A stretch of 64,000 nucleotides of DNA from Chrysomallon squamiferum (Eukaryota > Animalia > Mollusca), in the NCBI GenBank assembly GCA_012295275.1, contig CM022667.1, positions 16,678,001-16,742,000 of the forward strand. The letters are read 5' to 3'. The position numbers were made by a program, and so were the translations under genes. The notes under the pieces were generated by a model. It made no database searches, was not told the DNA's origin, and saw nothing but the letters and a program-made list of their open reading frames with translations. Positions 61,601-64,000 of the stretch are shown here, piece by piece (within the stretch, counting starts at the first letter, position 1; every line of letters starts with the position of its first letter).

Positions 61601-61837
61601 CTCGACATGTGTATCTTCCACAGCTATCAGGTCCTTCAGGATCGAAACACATTGGTGGGAAATAATCAGCGTACGAACAAATAATTTCTAATTCAGATGA
61701 AGAACCAAAACCAGGCTGACAACGACAATCGAACGCACAAGGGTCATAGTCTGGAACGACTTGTCCAGATTCGTACATTTGTCCTTTGTGAGAGCAGTGA
61801 GGTGGCATTGCAGGTGTGGATGTAGGTGGTGGCAGCT
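61601..61837 (-). CDS. E2 VWC-like exon of the rightmost gene. Its E1 is expected just beyond 64000.
   Basis: 237 nt, 8 Cys, CTGCAG acceptor and G|GTAG donor. Confidence 0.85.
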
Positions 61838-61929
61838 CTGCAGTGTGTGTAGAAAATTAAGTAAAAAAAAATAAAAAAATGAAAATGAAAATGAAAATGA
61901 AAATGAAAATGAAAATGAAAATGAAAATG

Positions 61930-61966
<37 letters not shown>

Positions 61967-62427
61967 CTCCTTTTTTTTCTTCCCTTTTTTTCTCTCTTTT
62001 CTTTTTTGTGTGACTTATTCGGCACTTAAATAACTACTTGATGATATCAGAATGTCTATAGTGTTTGTTATCAGCACCATTGCCGGATGTGAGCTTAGGC
62101 TAAACAAGCTTGGGTTTTATAGTCTCAGAATTTCTGTTTATGTATTTATCAATAAATAAACAGTGAAACATAATATATATTTAAAAACCGATTTAATCTA
62201 ATTTACAATGTTAATGTAATCGACATAAGACTTTATGAGAATTAATATTAAGTATCATTTCCAGATTAATAAATAGGATCGCTACAGGTTCCCATAATTT
62301 AAGACCTGGATAGGTTTCCATTCAGCCAAGTTTACGACAGAGGTTACATTTTTACAAGTTTGCTTTAATATCAAATCGTTACCCATTTAACGAGAAAAAG
62401 AAAGAGAGAATTCTTAATATTGACTAA

Positions 62428-62793
62428 ACTATTCTCTTAACTCAGACTCACTAAAAGGTGTATGATCTTTACAAGATAGGTGTAGCATAAGATGTTCACT
62501 GAACTCAGACACACTAAAAGGTGTATGATCTTTACAAGATGGGTGTAGCATAAGATGTTCACTGAACTCAGACACACTAAAAGGTGTATGATCTTTACAA
62601 GATGGGTGTAGCATAAGATGTTCACTGAACTCGAACACACTAAAAGGTGTATGATCTTTACAAGATAGGTGTAGCATAAGATGTTCACTGAACTCAGACA
62701 CACTAAAAGGTGTATGATCTTTACAAGATGGGTGTAGCATAAGATGTTCACTGAACTCAGACACACTAAAAGGTGTATGATCTTTACAAGATG
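62428..62793. repeat. 63-bp minisatellite (nearly 6 copies) in intron 1
   Basis: Unit tcactgaactcagacacactaaaaggtgtatgatctttacaagatgggtgtagcataagatgt. It is single-copy in paralogous introns (about 145-205, 36090-36155). Confidence 0.9.
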
Positions 62794-64000
62794 TACATTT
62801 TACAATCGTTTTGTTCACGTCTGACATGCGCTAAATCTGTTAAGGGAGAAATTATGAAGAAACGCGACTTTCGAGTTATTATTATTATTATTATTATTAT
62901 TAACATCATCTTTATTATCACTACTTTTATCACTACAGTGGTGTTGCTACTGACATTGATGAGAGTGTAGTTATTGTTATTATTTCTGTGTAAGATGCTG
63001 ATCAATATGTCTATAGTGTTTGTTATCTCCACCATAGCCGGATGTGAGCATAGGCTAAACAAGCTTGGGTTTTATAGTCTCAGTATTGCTGTTTATATAT
63101 TTATCAATAAATAAACAGTGAAACATAATGTATATTTAAAAACCGATTTAATCTAATTTACAATGTTAACGTAATCAACATAAGATTTTATGAGAATTAA
63201 TTTCCAATATTATTTCAAGATTAATAAATATTTCGAAACTGACTATCGAATAATATTGGCGGCATTCTTCTAATTTTCCATAGTTCACTGCAGAGTTTAA
63301 ACTTTTAATATCATATCGATACTCATTTAACGAGAAGAAGACAGAGAGAATTCTTAATATTAAGTAAACTATTCTCTGCACTCAGACACACTAAAAGGTT
63401 TATGACCTTCAGCAGATATGTGTAGCACAAAAGGTAAATTTCACATTTGATTTCTTGACATTTGAATCTACTCTAAGTCTGTTATGGGAGAAAATATGAA
63501 GAAACGTGACTTTCGAGTTAGTGTGAGAAAACAGCAGATAAATGATAAGCAAACTGATCCAGACGAAGTTTTTCATGTGCTATGAAAGGATAGAAGAGAC
63601 AAATATACAACATGGTATTATGAGAGTGAAATGTATTCAGTAAATAAAACTTGGAACTGTGATTTCGGGTTTTTAGAAGCATATCAACAGAGTAGAAAAT
63701 AAACCCAAGAGTGGATGCTTTATATTTGTGTGTTGTTGTGTTTCGTTGTTCTGATTTTGTTGTTGTTGTCTTTTTTCTTGTTTTGTTATTGTTGTTGCTT
63801 TTCTCTTTATTCATATATTGTTAGTGAGTTCAGTACATCCATCTTAACGTCACAGAAACGCGACAGTCTCCTCTGAGTTATACATCACATAAATTCCATT
63901 TAGAAAATAAACATTTCTAAAATGCATCACATTCAGTAAAAATAATAATAATAATAATAATATGATGTTATTACTGACACTGTTGAGCATGTAGTTATTA

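Noticed and set aside
62429-62827. SCKDHTPFSVSEFSEHLMLH repeat ORF resembling a zinc finger, and a possible CRISPR-like array
   Set aside because: A 63-bp tandem repeat without unique spacers, derived from intron 1 sequence in a eukaryotic context.

Overview
Eukaryotic, very AT-rich and microsatellite-rich genomic DNA. The repeat content is invertebrate-like, possibly molluscan, which is an inference. There is one 200-N gap at 49203-49402. The dominant feature is a minus-strand tandem array of a family of small secreted cysteine-rich genes that I cannot name, with about 12 full or partial units. Each unit is built from three exons joined by phase-1 introns. E1 is a signal peptide (MAV[NH]M..C.NFIISSVLSMPTT). 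E2 is an 8-Cys VWC-like module (C-x18-C-x3-CxC-x11~14-C-x9-C-x8~10-C-x4-C). E3 is a 4-Cys module (C-x21-CxC-x18-C) followed by a Pro/Thr/Ser tail. One copy is complete and intact (53234-54752, 176 aa). One has a PTS tail expanded to about 1.8 kb, making it mucin-like (32546-36842). One is intact but runs off the right edge. The rest are frameshifted, truncated or exon-shuffled, including E3 exons that carry a donor and could chain modules. Interleaved are a disrupted plus-strand SLC7A6OS/Iwr1 fragment, a more divergent VWC-like pseudogene present twice, several DNA-transposon derivatives, intronic minisatellites and multi-kb segmental duplications. Most ORFs in the supplied track are microsatellite artefacts. 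All exon coordinates and translations were read by eye.
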